Source: an uncultured Gammaproteobacteria bacterium (lineage in GTDB: Bacteria; Patescibacteriota; Microgenomatia; Levybacterales; GWA1-39-11). From it: a DNA stretch of 56,373 nucleotides. The DNA lies in NCBI GenBank assembly GCA_964651815.1, contig CAZYWG010000012.1:1-56373 (forward strand), given 5' to 3'. The position numbers were made by a program, and so were the translations under genes. Positions 9,689 to 18,799 of the stretch are shown here, piece after piece. Every line of letters begins with the position of its first letter. The stretch's first letter is position 1. The notes under the pieces were generated by a model. That model was not told the DNA's origin and made no database searches. It saw only the letters and a list, made by a program, of their open reading frames with translations.

Positions 9689-10537
9689 ATGGGAAAAGTA
9701 AAAGTACGCGTCGTAGGAGACGAAACAACTGAAAAAGAACAAAAAGAGGAACAAAAGCTAAAAAGAGAGGCTAAAAAACAGGCCCGCGGCCTTAACATGG
9801 GCGGAGGCCAGAGAATAAATTCCGTTGGAGTAAGTGAAGAAGAAATTGCTTCCCTAATTTCGGCGAAGCCGGAAGCAGAAGAAACAAGCAAACCTGAGGA
9901 GGATAAATCAAAAAAAACAAGACAAACGCAAAAAGAAAAAAAAGCAGAAGCAAGAGTCCTCTCAAAAAGACACACTTCAAACAAATCCACAGTAGCAACA
10001 GGGACTATTTATCCTGTTAAGTCCGGAATTGAAATTTTGAGAAGGTTCAAAAAAAGCAAATTTGATGAAACGGTAGAACTCCACGTAAATGTAAAAGAAA
10101 AAGGAATTTCTGGCCAAGTCACTCTACCCCACGGCTCAGGAAAAAAACTTAGAATCCGTGTGGCAGACGACGCACTGATTGCTGCAATTGAGCAAGGAAA
10201 AATTGATTTTGATGTTTTGATAGCCGAACCATCTATGATGCCAAAACTTGCAAAAGTTGCACGTGTTTTGGGGCCAAGGGGCCTTATGCCAAATCCAAAA
10301 GCGGGCACTGTAACTGACAAACCACAAGCATTAATTGAAAAATTGTCTGCAGGACAAATAAACTACAAAACAGAATCGGGAGCTCCAATTATTCACATGT
10401 CTGTTGGAAAACTCTCATTTGAAGACGCGCAACTTGCAGAAAATATCAATCAAGTGCTTTCTTCTATTGGCCCAACAAGAATTGAAAACATTACTCTTAA
10501 ATCTACAATGAGCCCCGCCGTCCGCTTGCAAATATAG
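9689..10537 (+). CDS. rplA: 50S ribosomal protein L1 with an N-terminal extension
   Basis: KFDETVELHVN, LPHGSGK, LGPRGLMPNPKAGTV, STMSPAV. Confidence 0.95.
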   Translation: MGKVKVRVVGDETTEKEQKEEQKLKREAKKQARGLNMGGGQRINSVGVSEEEIASLISAKPEAEETSKPEEDKSKKTRQTQKEKKAEARVLSKRHTSNKSTVATGTIYPVKSGIEILRRFKKSKFDETVELHVNVKEKGISGQVTLPHGSGKKLRIRVADDALIAAIEQGKIDFDVLIAEPSMMPKLAKVARVLGPRGLMPNPKAGTVTDKPQALIEKLSAGQINYKTESGAPIIHMSVGKLSFEDAQLAENINQVLSSIGPTRIENITLKSTMSPAVRLQI

Positions 10538-10560
10538 GTTTACTTGTTTTCATTTTAACT

Positions 10561-11283
10561 ATGACACCCGAAATGTTTGATTCCAGAATTAATTCCTTCG
10601 TTGAAGTTACACCAGTAACTATGTACAAAAAGGTTCGCGATGTTTTACAACACGGTGCATTTGCCAAACCCATGACTTTTGAAGAAATGAACAGAAGAAA
10701 TTTAGCAACTCGCGCTTCAAACCTAATTAATGGAATGCAAAGAGGCATAGAATCATTTGGCCTCCCCTTCGATGGAACTATAGAAGGCGGAATTGATGGA
10801 ATAGGCATGTTAACTTCAGAAGTTGCTGAAAAGAATAACCTATTACGGGAAGTCGGAGAAGCCTGGACCATTGGGGATGAATTATCAAGAAATATACTTT
10901 GGGTAAAAGTTATGACTTCTTTTCGGAGAGGAAGACCGAGTGCCCTCATTCCAGAGGAAATTGAATTCATGACAGGGAAAAGCATAAGCGCTTCAAGCAG
11001 AGCCTTGGTTTGGGCGGATCTCGGTGATCTTCCCGAGTTCAAAGATAAGGACAATATTGCCTGGTATGAACTCGAGCTTCAAGAATCGGGGGCCGTTGAG
11101 GTAGGATCAAAAACAATTGGATGGGAAAACGGAAGTCCAGTTATTAAACCGGTCGTACACTTTGTACTTCTTGATAAACTGAGTAGAACAAGACTTGCCT
11201 GTTGGCAAGAAGGGGATAAATCAATTAAAAGGTATCATAGTTGGACCGATACTTGCGACCTCGCAAGGGATTCAGCATCCTAG
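10561..11283 (+). CDS. Hypothetical protein
   Basis: 240-aa ORF downstream of rplA; no family recognised. Confidence 0.65.
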   Translation: MTPEMFDSRINSFVEVTPVTMYKKVRDVLQHGAFAKPMTFEEMNRRNLATRASNLINGMQRGIESFGLPFDGTIEGGIDGIGMLTSEVAEKNNLLREVGEAWTIGDELSRNILWVKVMTSFRRGRPSALIPEEIEFMTGKSISASSRALVWADLGDLPEFKDKDNIAWYELELQESGAVEVGSKTIGWENGSPVIKPVVHFVLLDKLSRTRLACWQEGDKSIKRYHSWTDTCDLARDSAS

Positions 11284-12170
11284 ACTCCTTTTCTATATTC
11301 CGCTTTTCTGAGTTTGATTTTTTCCCTATCTTCTTCAAAAAAGTGCGCTTTTATAAATTCCATTGTGTCTTTTGGATCTTGTGTATTTACAAAAATCCCG
11401 GTTGCGATTTCAAAACCACCGGCTATTTTTGCGCGCGGCATGATGCGCAAATACCAATCGCGTCTTGGGTAAATATAGAAGTTATAAGGAAAATCCTCAC
11501 CGTGACGCGCTTCAAATATATAAACCAAACGGCGCAAAACATATGCCAAATTTTCCATTTCTTCATAAGTTATTTCGCCAAATAATTTCCCGCGCTCGCC
11601 AGGTACAATCCAAACTTCATCTGGCCACTGTGAATACGGAGGACATACAATTTTAAGATCTTTAACTTGCAGATGTTCCTCGCGATAGTCAAGAAATTCC
11701 TCAAGAGACGGCACTACAACCGGCACCTCGTGAGGCACAACTGCAAGCTGCGAATGCGTATGTCCTATTGATTCGCCAGCGTCATGTCCAGAATTTGAAA
11801 AAATACAAACCGTACCGCTTTTAAGATGCGTATTGAAACGGTTTACAAAAGTTTCAATTACAAGTTTCACTTGCTCAACACTTAGCTCCGACAAACTGTG
11901 TTTATGCTCTGGTGTATGGATTATCACCTCATGGATAGACGCAAACGGATATCTATTTTTGACAACTCTGACTGACCAATTTTTATCGTGGTCCTCTCCC
12001 CCAATTCTATAGACTTCAGGATCATGTTTTTCATTTCCTAAACAAAACGGGCAAAAAGGTGTTTTGTTTTTTGTTTCGCGGTAAGGCCTTTTTGCGCGTT
12101 TTGGAGCTAAAATCACCCAGTTTTCAAGGCTCGGAATATTTATGAACTTAAAATCGTGTTTTGTGGGCAT
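11280..12170 (-). CDS. GalT-like / HIT-family nucleotidyltransferase (probable start ATG 12170)
   Basis: WVILAPKRAKRP, CPFC, VRVVKNRYP, HEVIIHTPEH, HTHSQ (HxHxQ). The longer track start at 12224 translates a repeat element. Confidence 0.85.
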   Translation of the reverse strand: MPTKHDFKFINIPSLENWVILAPKRAKRPYRETKNKTPFCPFCLGNEKHDPEVYRIGGEDHDKNWSVRVVKNRYPFASIHEVIIHTPEHKHSLSELSVEQVKLVIETFVNRFNTHLKSGTVCIFSNSGHDAGESIGHTHSQLAVVPHEVPVVVPSLEEFLDYREEHLQVKDLKIVCPPYSQWPDEVWIVPGERGKLFGEITYEEMENLAYVLRRLVYIFEARHGEDFPYNFYIYPRRDWYLRIMPRAKIAGGFEIATGIFVNTQDPKDTMEFIKAHFFEEDREKIKLRKAEYRKGV

Positions 12171-12179
12171 ATTTGCATT

Positions 12180-12283
12180 GTCATCCTGAACAAAGTGAAG
12201 GATCTTTCGCGAATGCGAACTCAAATAAATTCCGATTTAATCGGAATAAATTGAGAGATTCTTCGGCTACGCCTCAGAATGAC
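12180..12283. repeat. Bipartite palindromic (REP/RPE-like) element
   Basis: GTCATCCTGAACAAAGTGAAGGATCT ... AGATTCTTCGGCTACGCCTCAGAATGAC inverted arms, with an internal TTCCGAT/ATCGGAA hairpin. Confidence 0.75.
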
Positions 12284-12340
12284 ATCTGCTTTTGGGCATT
12301 AATTATATTAAGCCGAATTTGGAAGAAAAAATCAAGCTGA

Positions 12341-13111
12341 CTACTGATTTGGGACTGGTAAATTGTGTCGCTTAAGATATCCAGGATTTTGATCAATAGA
12401 AATATCTTCTTTAGGAATGCCTATTTTAATTTGACCACTTGAAAAATTATTACAGGAAAATTTGGTTTCTTCAGTTCCTGACCAATCAGGACAATACATA
12501 TTATTTGCTGTCATTATAGTTTCCCCTTGATTTGAAACAGCATCTGGCCTTTCCATTGTATATGCTCTTGCTGTCCCAATTTTTTTTGGATCTTGCCTGC
12601 TATCACGGTAACTTAATGAAATTCTGTAAGGGTATTCATCCGTATATCTACTAAAACCCTGAGGAACATCTTGCTTAATACCACCCGTCTTATTTGATAC
12701 TGTAACTATTCTGTCACTTGTTAATTCTTTGGGGCCTTGTGCAAAATTGTCGCAATTCAATTCTTTTGTTTCACCTCTGTCCTGCTCGAGATCCGGACAA
12801 AATACATTTTGAGCACTCACCTTAAGTTTGCCGGAGTCATCAAAAGAGAGCTTTGGCTCTTCCATAGTGTAAAGCCCAGCCTGATTTCGTGAAGTACCTA
12901 TAACAATTTTGTAGGGATAATCATGAGTATTGTTGCTAAAACCTTGTGGTACCTGATAACCCTGTGGCTGTGAGTCGCTTGTGCATGCAACACCACCACC
13001 AATTGCTGCTAAGACAACACCCGCAACTCCCGCAAAAGTCACGAGTCTTGAATTTCTGCTCTTACCTCCTGGTTTTACGTAATCAAGTGATTGTTCTTTT
13101 CCTCTTCCCAT
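12341..13111 (-). CDS. Putative lipoprotein or membrane-anchored protein with a tandem duplicated domain
   Basis: Hydrophobic segment ending GGGVAC; two copies of VPQGFS..YPY.I..YTME.P..CPD..C.NF. Confidence 0.7.
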   Translation of the reverse strand: MGRGKEQSLDYVKPGGKSRNSRLVTFAGVAGVVLAAIGGGVACTSDSQPQGYQVPQGFSNNTHDYPYKIVIGTSRNQAGLYTMEEPKLSFDDSGKLKVSAQNVFCPDLEQDRGETKELNCDNFAQGPKELTSDRIVTVSNKTGGIKQDVPQGFSRYTDEYPYRISLSYRDSRQDPKKIGTARAYTMERPDAVSNQGETIMTANNMYCPDWSGTEETKFSCNNFSSGQIKIGIPKEDISIDQNPGYLKRHNLPVPNQ

Positions 13112-13165
13112 TGTAGTGTTTGGATTATATTAAAAGGATAAATTTAAATCAAGACCGCGATTAAT

Positions 13166-13807
13166 CTACTGGCTTTGGGTAACAAGCTTTGCACGTAACT
13201 TAAAGTTATTTACAGATTCCAATAATACAACTACTGAAAACGCAGTTTGAAAAACTATCAATCCAACATGCCAGTGGTTGTTTATAAATAATTCTGGCTT
13301 CGCAAGAATTGCAATAAATGAAACAAGACCAAAAAGCATAGCCGCAGGGATGATGAACTTCATTTCAAACTGTTGACGGTTAAGAATATGGTTATAGAGT
13401 TTTAATTTTGCGCTAGTTTTGAATTTATCTTTTCTTGCAATAATCATTTTGAGGTCCACAAAGTATGATACAAAAGCGACTACAAAAAATGCCGTAATAA
13501 ATCCAAACCATGCAACTGGACTTGTTACATGAGAAAATGCCATAACCTCAATAAATGAGGCTAAGAAATATAAAAAACTGTGTGAGAGATCAAGCGGCCA
13601 GTCTATAAATGAAATTGCATGAATTATGGCAACTGACCAGAAGCTTAGAATTAATACGAATGATGAAATAATATACGGGAAATATTCAAGTCTTAAATTT
13701 CCAATTGTGTCGGCCGCAGCAGTTGCAAGCGCCCCAAGCGCCACTGCCTGAACAACGCTAATTAACAAAAATTCAACATCAAGTGAAAGGCCATCTAGCT
13801 TTTCCAT
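13166..13807 (-). CDS. Polytopic membrane protein, hypothetical
   Basis: About 6 hydrophobic helices. Confidence 0.75.
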   Translation of the reverse strand: MEKLDGLSLDVEFLLISVVQAVALGALATAAADTIGNLRLEYFPYIISSFVLILSFWSVAIIHAISFIDWPLDLSHSFLYFLASFIEVMAFSHVTSPVAWFGFITAFFVVAFVSYFVDLKMIIARKDKFKTSAKLKLYNHILNRQQFEMKFIIPAAMLFGLVSFIAILAKPELFINNHWHVGLIVFQTAFSVVVLLESVNNFKLRAKLVTQSQ

Positions 13808-13822
13808 GAGAGGATTTTAACA

Positions 13823-14590
13823 TTAAGTTTTGTCTCCGTCAAAAAATTCGTAATAACAAAGCGTAAAGATTGAACCAATTAAAATAAAGAAAAACAATTC
13901 CTCGAAAGGAAGATTGACTCCCCAAATCTTTATCATCATTAAAAACTTGCCTCCGTAAAACGTCCAATGATTCAATTTAAGAGCAACGATTTCATCAATA
14001 AATGAAACTACTGAAACGTAGCACGCAACTTTTATAAATGGTGAAATATACTTAGGATAAAATTTAAGAAATAAAAGCATAGGTAATAATGCTAGGAAAA
14101 TTCCAAATACTAAATAATAATAAGGAATACTACTTAGCAAAACTGGATTCAAAATAATCGAAATAAAGAAAATTGAAAATGCTAAGGCGTTCATTAAAAA
14201 CCAATATTTTGCGCGTTTACCTAGTAAGCTTTTATTTCCTGTTTTAAAATAACTTTCGTAGAATACCAAGATTAAATAAATCCATGAGAAACTCCAAACC
14301 GGATCCTCTATTGGAACTACACTAAAAAGTCTAAAACCAAATACAGTATTTATCACATACCATGCATGGTTCAAGAAACCCAGGTAGTCAACTAGAATTG
14401 CTAGCATACACGAACCCAAAAAAGCAGCGATTAAAAGTCTCGGGATAATTTGCTTATTCTTGAGTATGTAAGTTAAATAAATGCAGGGAATTCCAAATAA
14501 TATAAACGTAGTAATTAGAAGATTTGTCTTTGTTATCAAACAGAAAACCGCACCTATACTAGCCAGCAAATATAGCAGTGTTAGTTTCAT
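13823..14590 (-). CDS. Membrane protein with two lycopene-cyclase-like (CrtYc/Yd-type) repeats
   Basis: Repeated W-x-x...G...P-[IF]-E-[DE] motif (VPIEDPVW; LPFEELFFF). Confidence 0.6.
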   Translation of the reverse strand: MKLTLLYLLASIGAVFCLITKTNLLITTFILFGIPCIYLTYILKNKQIIPRLLIAAFLGSCMLAILVDYLGFLNHAWYVINTVFGFRLFSVVPIEDPVWSFSWIYLILVFYESYFKTGNKSLLGKRAKYWFLMNALAFSIFFISIILNPVLLSSIPYYYLVFGIFLALLPMLLFLKFYPKYISPFIKVACYVSVVSFIDEIVALKLNHWTFYGGKFLMMIKIWGVNLPFEELFFFILIGSIFTLCYYEFFDGDKT

Positions 14591-14615
14591 AATTTAATTG
14601 TAGCATTTTAGTTGC

Positions 14616-14688
14616 TTGACAAACGCTTTGTGCCGTGATATATTGATATATCGAAATATTTCGATGGATCAATAATTATTCCATCGAA
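14616..14688 (+). promoter_or_regulatory. Sigma70 promoter plus palindromic operator upstream of the ArsR gene
   Basis: TTGACA-N17-TATATT with TGn; perfect palindrome ATCGAAATATTTCGAT (14650-14665); overlapping TTCGATGGA-N11-TCCATCGAA. Confidence 0.75.
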
Positions 14689-14699
14689 CAAAAATCAAT

Positions 14700-14984
14700 A
14701 TGGCTGACCAAGTAATTAAAATATTTAAAGCATTGTCTGACGAAACAAGACTAGGAATAGTAAAAGACCTTTTGAATAAGTCCGAGCACGCTTGTTCTGA
14801 ACTTTCCAAGAAACTTCCTAAATCTCAACCTACTCTCTCTCACCACTTCAACAAACTAATGGACGCCAATATTATTCTCAAAAGAAAAGAAGGCGTAAAT
14901 CATTTTTATAGTATCAATCATGACTATCTTCAAAATCTTGGGCTAGACATTAAAAAAATAATAAAGGAGGCAAACAATGGATAA
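14700..14984 (+). CDS. ArsR/SmtB family transcriptional regulator
   Basis: FKALSDETRLGIV...SQPTLSHHFNKL winged HTH. Confidence 0.92.
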   Translation: MADQVIKIFKALSDETRLGIVKDLLNKSEHACSELSKKLPKSQPTLSHHFNKLMDANIILKRKEGVNHFYSINHDYLQNLGLDIKKIIKEANNG

Positions 14985-15588
14985 TTGGACACAAATACCA
15001 ACTGATGACGTAATTATACAAACTGCCGAAGCTCTTGCGAAAAATGGCATGCAAACAGAGGTTGTTACAACCGGTGAGGAAGCAAAAAAGCGGGTCTTAG
15101 ATCTGGTACCGGAAGGCGCGGAAGTTTTTACAATGACCTCAAAAACGCTTGATGCAATAGGTATTCCCGAAACTATTAACAAGTCCGGAAAATATAATTC
15201 TGTAAGGAATAAATTGATGTCACAAGACACTCCGCCAAGAGAAAAAAAAGTAACTGGGACTACTCCCGAATACGCAGTTGTTTCTGTTCACGCGCTTACA
15301 CAAGATGGGAAAGCGATGATTGCATCTAATACCGGGAGCCAATTGGCAGCAGATGTTTATGGCGCGGATCACGTGATTTGGGTTGTAGGGGCACAAAAAA
15401 TTGTTAAAGACATGGACTCGGGAATTAAACGAATTTACGAACATGTCTTGCCTCTTGAGGCCGATCGCGCTAATAAAGCTTACAATATAACATCAGGTAG
15501 TTTTGTCTCAAAACTTTTGGTAGTAAATAAGGAAATAAATCCTGAAAGAATTAAAATCATAATTGTCAAGGAAGCTCTGGGGTTTTAA
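14977..15588 (+). CDS. LUD-domain (LutC/YkgG-like) protein
   Basis: SVHALTQDG...ASNTGSQLA...VIWVVGAQKIV; overlaps the ArsR stop codon. Confidence 0.8.
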   Translation: MDNWTQIPTDDVIIQTAEALAKNGMQTEVVTTGEEAKKRVLDLVPEGAEVFTMTSKTLDAIGIPETINKSGKYNSVRNKLMSQDTPPREKKVTGTTPEYAVVSVHALTQDGKAMIASNTGSQLAADVYGADHVIWVVGAQKIVKDMDSGIKRIYEHVLPLEADRANKAYNITSGSFVSKLLVVNKEINPERIKIIIVKEALGF

Positions 15589-15589
15589 A

Positions 15590-15671
15590 TCCCAATGTAT
15601 CCGAATGTTTATTCCTAATCTACCCGAATTATTATTTGGATTAATTCGGACTAACTATTTGGACAAATTCG
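15590..15671. repeat. Nested inverted array of CCnAAT / ATTnGG heptamers
   Basis: TCCCAAT, TCCGAAT, TCCTAAT, CCCGAAT followed by ATTTGGA, ATTCGGA, ATTTGGA, ATTCG. Confidence 0.6.
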
Positions 15672-15688
15672 TGTAGAATAAATCTGCT

Positions 15689-16207
15689 GTGCTCTACGTC
15701 ATAATCCTCTTCTATGTTCTCTTCTTCCTCGCTTTCATCACTTGGGGAATTTTATATGTATTGCCGTTTTTCTTTGGCGCGCCTTACGTCAAAAGTTCGG
15801 ACCGGAGGACTAAAAAGATTATGAAACTTTTGAAACCCAAACCGGGCGAAAAAATTGTAGACCTTGGGTCAGGTGACGGAAAACTTTTATTCGAAATCGC
15901 GTCCCGCGGCGCAACAGCTTATGGATATGAAATAAACCCTTTTCTTGTTTTGAGAACCAGAATTCGGGCAAAACAACTTGGACTAGAGAAAAAAGTTAAT
16001 GTTTATTGCAAAAGCTTTTGGAACGTGGACCTTTCTAAGTTCGACAAAATCTTTTTCTACCAAATCACATATGTTATGCCGAGACTCGAAAAAAAACTTA
16101 TGAAAGAGCTAAAACAGGGGACGCGCATTGTATCTAATTACTTTTCATTTCCTAATTGGAAGCCGGAAAAAAAGGAAGATGAAATTTTGCTATATGTTAA
16201 AAAATAA
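15689..16207 (+). CDS. Membrane-anchored class I SAM methyltransferase (FAM173/ATPSCKMT-like)
   Basis: N-terminal TM; APYV; VDLGSGDG; GYEINP; LEKKL..EL; NYFSFPNWKP. Confidence 0.8.
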   Translation: MLYVIILFYVLFFLAFITWGILYVLPFFFGAPYVKSSDRRTKKIMKLLKPKPGEKIVDLGSGDGKLLFEIASRGATAYGYEINPFLVLRTRIRAKQLGLEKKVNVYCKSFWNVDLSKFDKIFFYQITYVMPRLEKKLMKELKQGTRIVSNYFSFPNWKPEKKEDEILLYVKK

Positions 16208-17041
16208 TTACTCTGCAACTTCCACACTTAAATCTAGATAAATCTTCTGCCCTGTTGCTACCTCAAGTTCTTTTCTGGTCATGCTGCCAATTACTTTAAT
16301 TTTTTGTCCACCCGCACCAATTATCATTTTCTTATATTTTTTGTCAGTTGTAATAATTTTTGCCTTAATATAATACATGCCATTTTGGCGATGTGTCACA
16401 TCCGCCACCTCAACACGGAGTCTATATGGAACCTCATCATGTAAAACTAAAAATGCTTTTTCCCGAATATTTTCAGATATATATAATTTAGAATCTAAAT
16501 TCATAGCAGGAGTCGCCATGTCTTCCTTAACAACAATAGGCTCCCCTTCCGGAAGTCTTTCAATAATTTCATCTACCAATCCTGAAAGATGTTTGTTTTT
16601 GAGTGCCGACACCTCAACAACCGTATCAAATTCATCTTCCAAAAATTTATATTCTTCAAGAAAACTTGGTTTTTCAAGATCAATTTTGTTAATTACCAAA
16701 ATTTTTGGTTTATTGATTTTCCTCAAAATTCCAAGCACCCTATTCTCTTCAATTCCGCGCCTGCGGGTGTGGTCTACCACATAAAGAACAATATCTATAT
16801 CATGTTTCAATGCACGTTCCGCTTCTAGATTTATATCTTGGTTAAAACTTTTTGCGAATATTCCCGGCGTATCTACAAATATTATTTGTGCAAATTCGTC
16901 TTGGTAAACTGCATATGTTGAAAACTGTGTGGTTTGGGGTTTAGGGGATGTTATTGCCACTTTTTGTCCCACCAAATTATTGACAAGTGTTGACTTGCCA
17001 GAATTGGGACGGCCGATTAATGCTACAGTTCCGACTCTCAT
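16208..17041 (-). CDS. era: GTPase Era
   Basis: GRPNSGKST, KPQTT, DTPG, NKID, and KH domain with IIGAGG. Confidence 0.95.
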   Translation of the reverse strand: MRVGTVALIGRPNSGKSTLVNNLVGQKVAITSPKPQTTQFSTYAVYQDEFAQIIFVDTPGIFAKSFNQDINLEAERALKHDIDIVLYVVDHTRRRGIEENRVLGILRKINKPKILVINKIDLEKPSFLEEYKFLEDEFDTVVEVSALKNKHLSGLVDEIIERLPEGEPIVVKEDMATPAMNLDSKLYISENIREKAFLVLHDEVPYRLRVEVADVTHRQNGMYYIKAKIITTDKKYKKMIIGAGGQKIKVIGSMTRKELEVATGQKIYLDLSVEVAE

Positions 17042-17141
17042 GGTTAAACTATGAGGCTAATTTTAACACACTTTTGCCTCTTAAACTATTTTTTAGTACA
17101 TGATTTACTCACAACGCTTGTTCTGTTACAATTCAGCCACG

Positions 17142-18710
17142 GTGAAAGTTTTATTTTTGAGCGCGGAAGTTGCCCCTTTTGCGTCAGTTGGAGGTCTCTC
17201 CCAAGTTGTATATTTTCTTTCGCGAGCACTAGTCTCTCGCGGTCATGATGTCAGAATTTTTACGGCAAGACACGGCGTCATGGATGAAAAAAAAGGTAAA
17301 TTTGCGCTTTCTACAAAAATTAAAACTCTGAAAGTTCCTTTCTTTCACGGATATGAGGACAAAATTAAAAACGGCCAGAAAAAATATATAAATTGCCGAA
17401 TTTCCGTATTTAAAAAACGAAAGGAACCCACAACTTATTTTGTTGAAAATAGGGAATATTTTGAACTCCGTGCTAATGTATTTGGCTATAAAGATGACCA
17501 TGTAAGATTTGCGCTTTTATCAAAAAGTGCTCTTGAATTTTTGTATCAAATTAAAAAAGCGGGGACTGAGAGCGAATGGTGGCCTGACATTATACATTGT
17601 AATGATTGGCACACGGGATATTTTTTGAATTTGGCAAGGGAAGACCCCAGGTATAAGGAGCTTCTTAATTCAATTCCAATAGTTTTTACCGTCCACAACT
17701 TTTTTTTCCAGGGCAATATCAATTTTAACTACATACCCCAAAAAGAGAGAGATACGGGAAGTGCTCCACTTGTCAGATTTGATTCACCCAAGCTTTTGCG
17801 GCAGAACGCTTTAGTCCGCGGCCTCATATATGCTGATGAGGTAAACACAGTCAGCCCCACCCATGCTATTGAAGTATTAACCCAGGAATATTCTGAGGGG
17901 CTTGACCCAATTCTTTCAAAAATTAGGGGCAAGCTTACCGGAATTTTAAACGGATTAGACACTGAAGAATTTAACCCAATGACTGACCCTTTAGTTTTTA
18001 AGAATTACAATTCTTCTTCTTTTGTTGCGTCCCGACGCATTAACAAGCTAAATCTGCAAAAAGAATTTGGGCTTGAAGAAAATAGGTTGAGACCCGTAAT
18101 TGCAATTCCCGGCAGAATTAGCGCCCAAAAAGGTTGGGATTTAATTCTTGAGGCTATGCCCCATTTGCTATCAGAACGGCGCGATATTCAATTTATTGTT
18201 TTAGGACAAGGAGATGAAAGGTACCAGGATGATTTAAAACGACTCCAAAGGGATTTTCCTGAGCAACTTGCACTTCATATGCAGCGCGATTTTAGGCTCC
18301 CAAGAAAAATCTTCTCAGGTGCCGACATAATTTTAATTCCGAGTATTTTTGAGCCGGGCGGAATTATTGCACTAGAAGCTCTACGCTATGGAGCAGTTCC
18401 GATTGTAAGGCGCACCGGCGGTTTAAATGACATAATTACAGATTTTGACCCTAACAGCCGCCGCGGCAATGGATTTTCTTTCACAAGGAAAAGCGCCTGG
18501 TCACTATATGGTGTAATAATGACGGCACTTACCGTTTATAAAAACACAAGCCTTTGGAATAGGCTTGTTAAAAATGGTTTACTCTCTGATTTTTCATGGG
18601 ACCACAGCGCCCGTGAATATGAGAAATGGTACCAAAAAGCGCTTATTGAAAGAAAAAGGGCAATTGGTGTTACTCCACATCCGGCTTATCAATTGCCAAG
18701 CGAAAAATAA
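17142..18710 (+). CDS. glgA: Glycogen/starch synthase (GT5); probable start GTG 17142
   Basis: EVAPF..VGGL, IIHCNDWHT, TVHN, GILNG, RISAQKG, PSIFEP, VRRTGGL. Confidence 0.92.
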   Translation: MKVLFLSAEVAPFASVGGLSQVVYFLSRALVSRGHDVRIFTARHGVMDEKKGKFALSTKIKTLKVPFFHGYEDKIKNGQKKYINCRISVFKKRKEPTTYFVENREYFELRANVFGYKDDHVRFALLSKSALEFLYQIKKAGTESEWWPDIIHCNDWHTGYFLNLAREDPRYKELLNSIPIVFTVHNFFFQGNINFNYIPQKERDTGSAPLVRFDSPKLLRQNALVRGLIYADEVNTVSPTHAIEVLTQEYSEGLDPILSKIRGKLTGILNGLDTEEFNPMTDPLVFKNYNSSSFVASRRINKLNLQKEFGLEENRLRPVIAIPGRISAQKGWDLILEAMPHLLSERRDIQFIVLGQGDERYQDDLKRLQRDFPEQLALHMQRDFRLPRKIFSGADIILIPSIFEPGGIIALEALRYGAVPIVRRTGGLNDIITDFDPNSRRGNGFSFTRKSAWSLYGVIMTALTVYKNTSLWNRLVKNGLLSDFSWDHSAREYEKWYQKALIERKRAIGVTPHPAYQLPSEK

Positions 18711-18799
18711 TCAAGCCCCGAACTACAAACTGTGAACCGTGAACCATGACTTTTAACCCTCCCTTTTTATCTCATATTAGTTTAAGATAGTATGTGTAT

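Noticed and set aside
12171-12224. N-terminal extension of the GalT-like ORF from the track start
   Set aside because: It translates a palindromic repeat (ILHFVQDD) from a TTG; ATG 12170 is the more plausible start.
18713-18750. TGAACCG/TGAACCA heptamer repeat after glgA
   Set aside because: Only two or three units; too weak to interpret.
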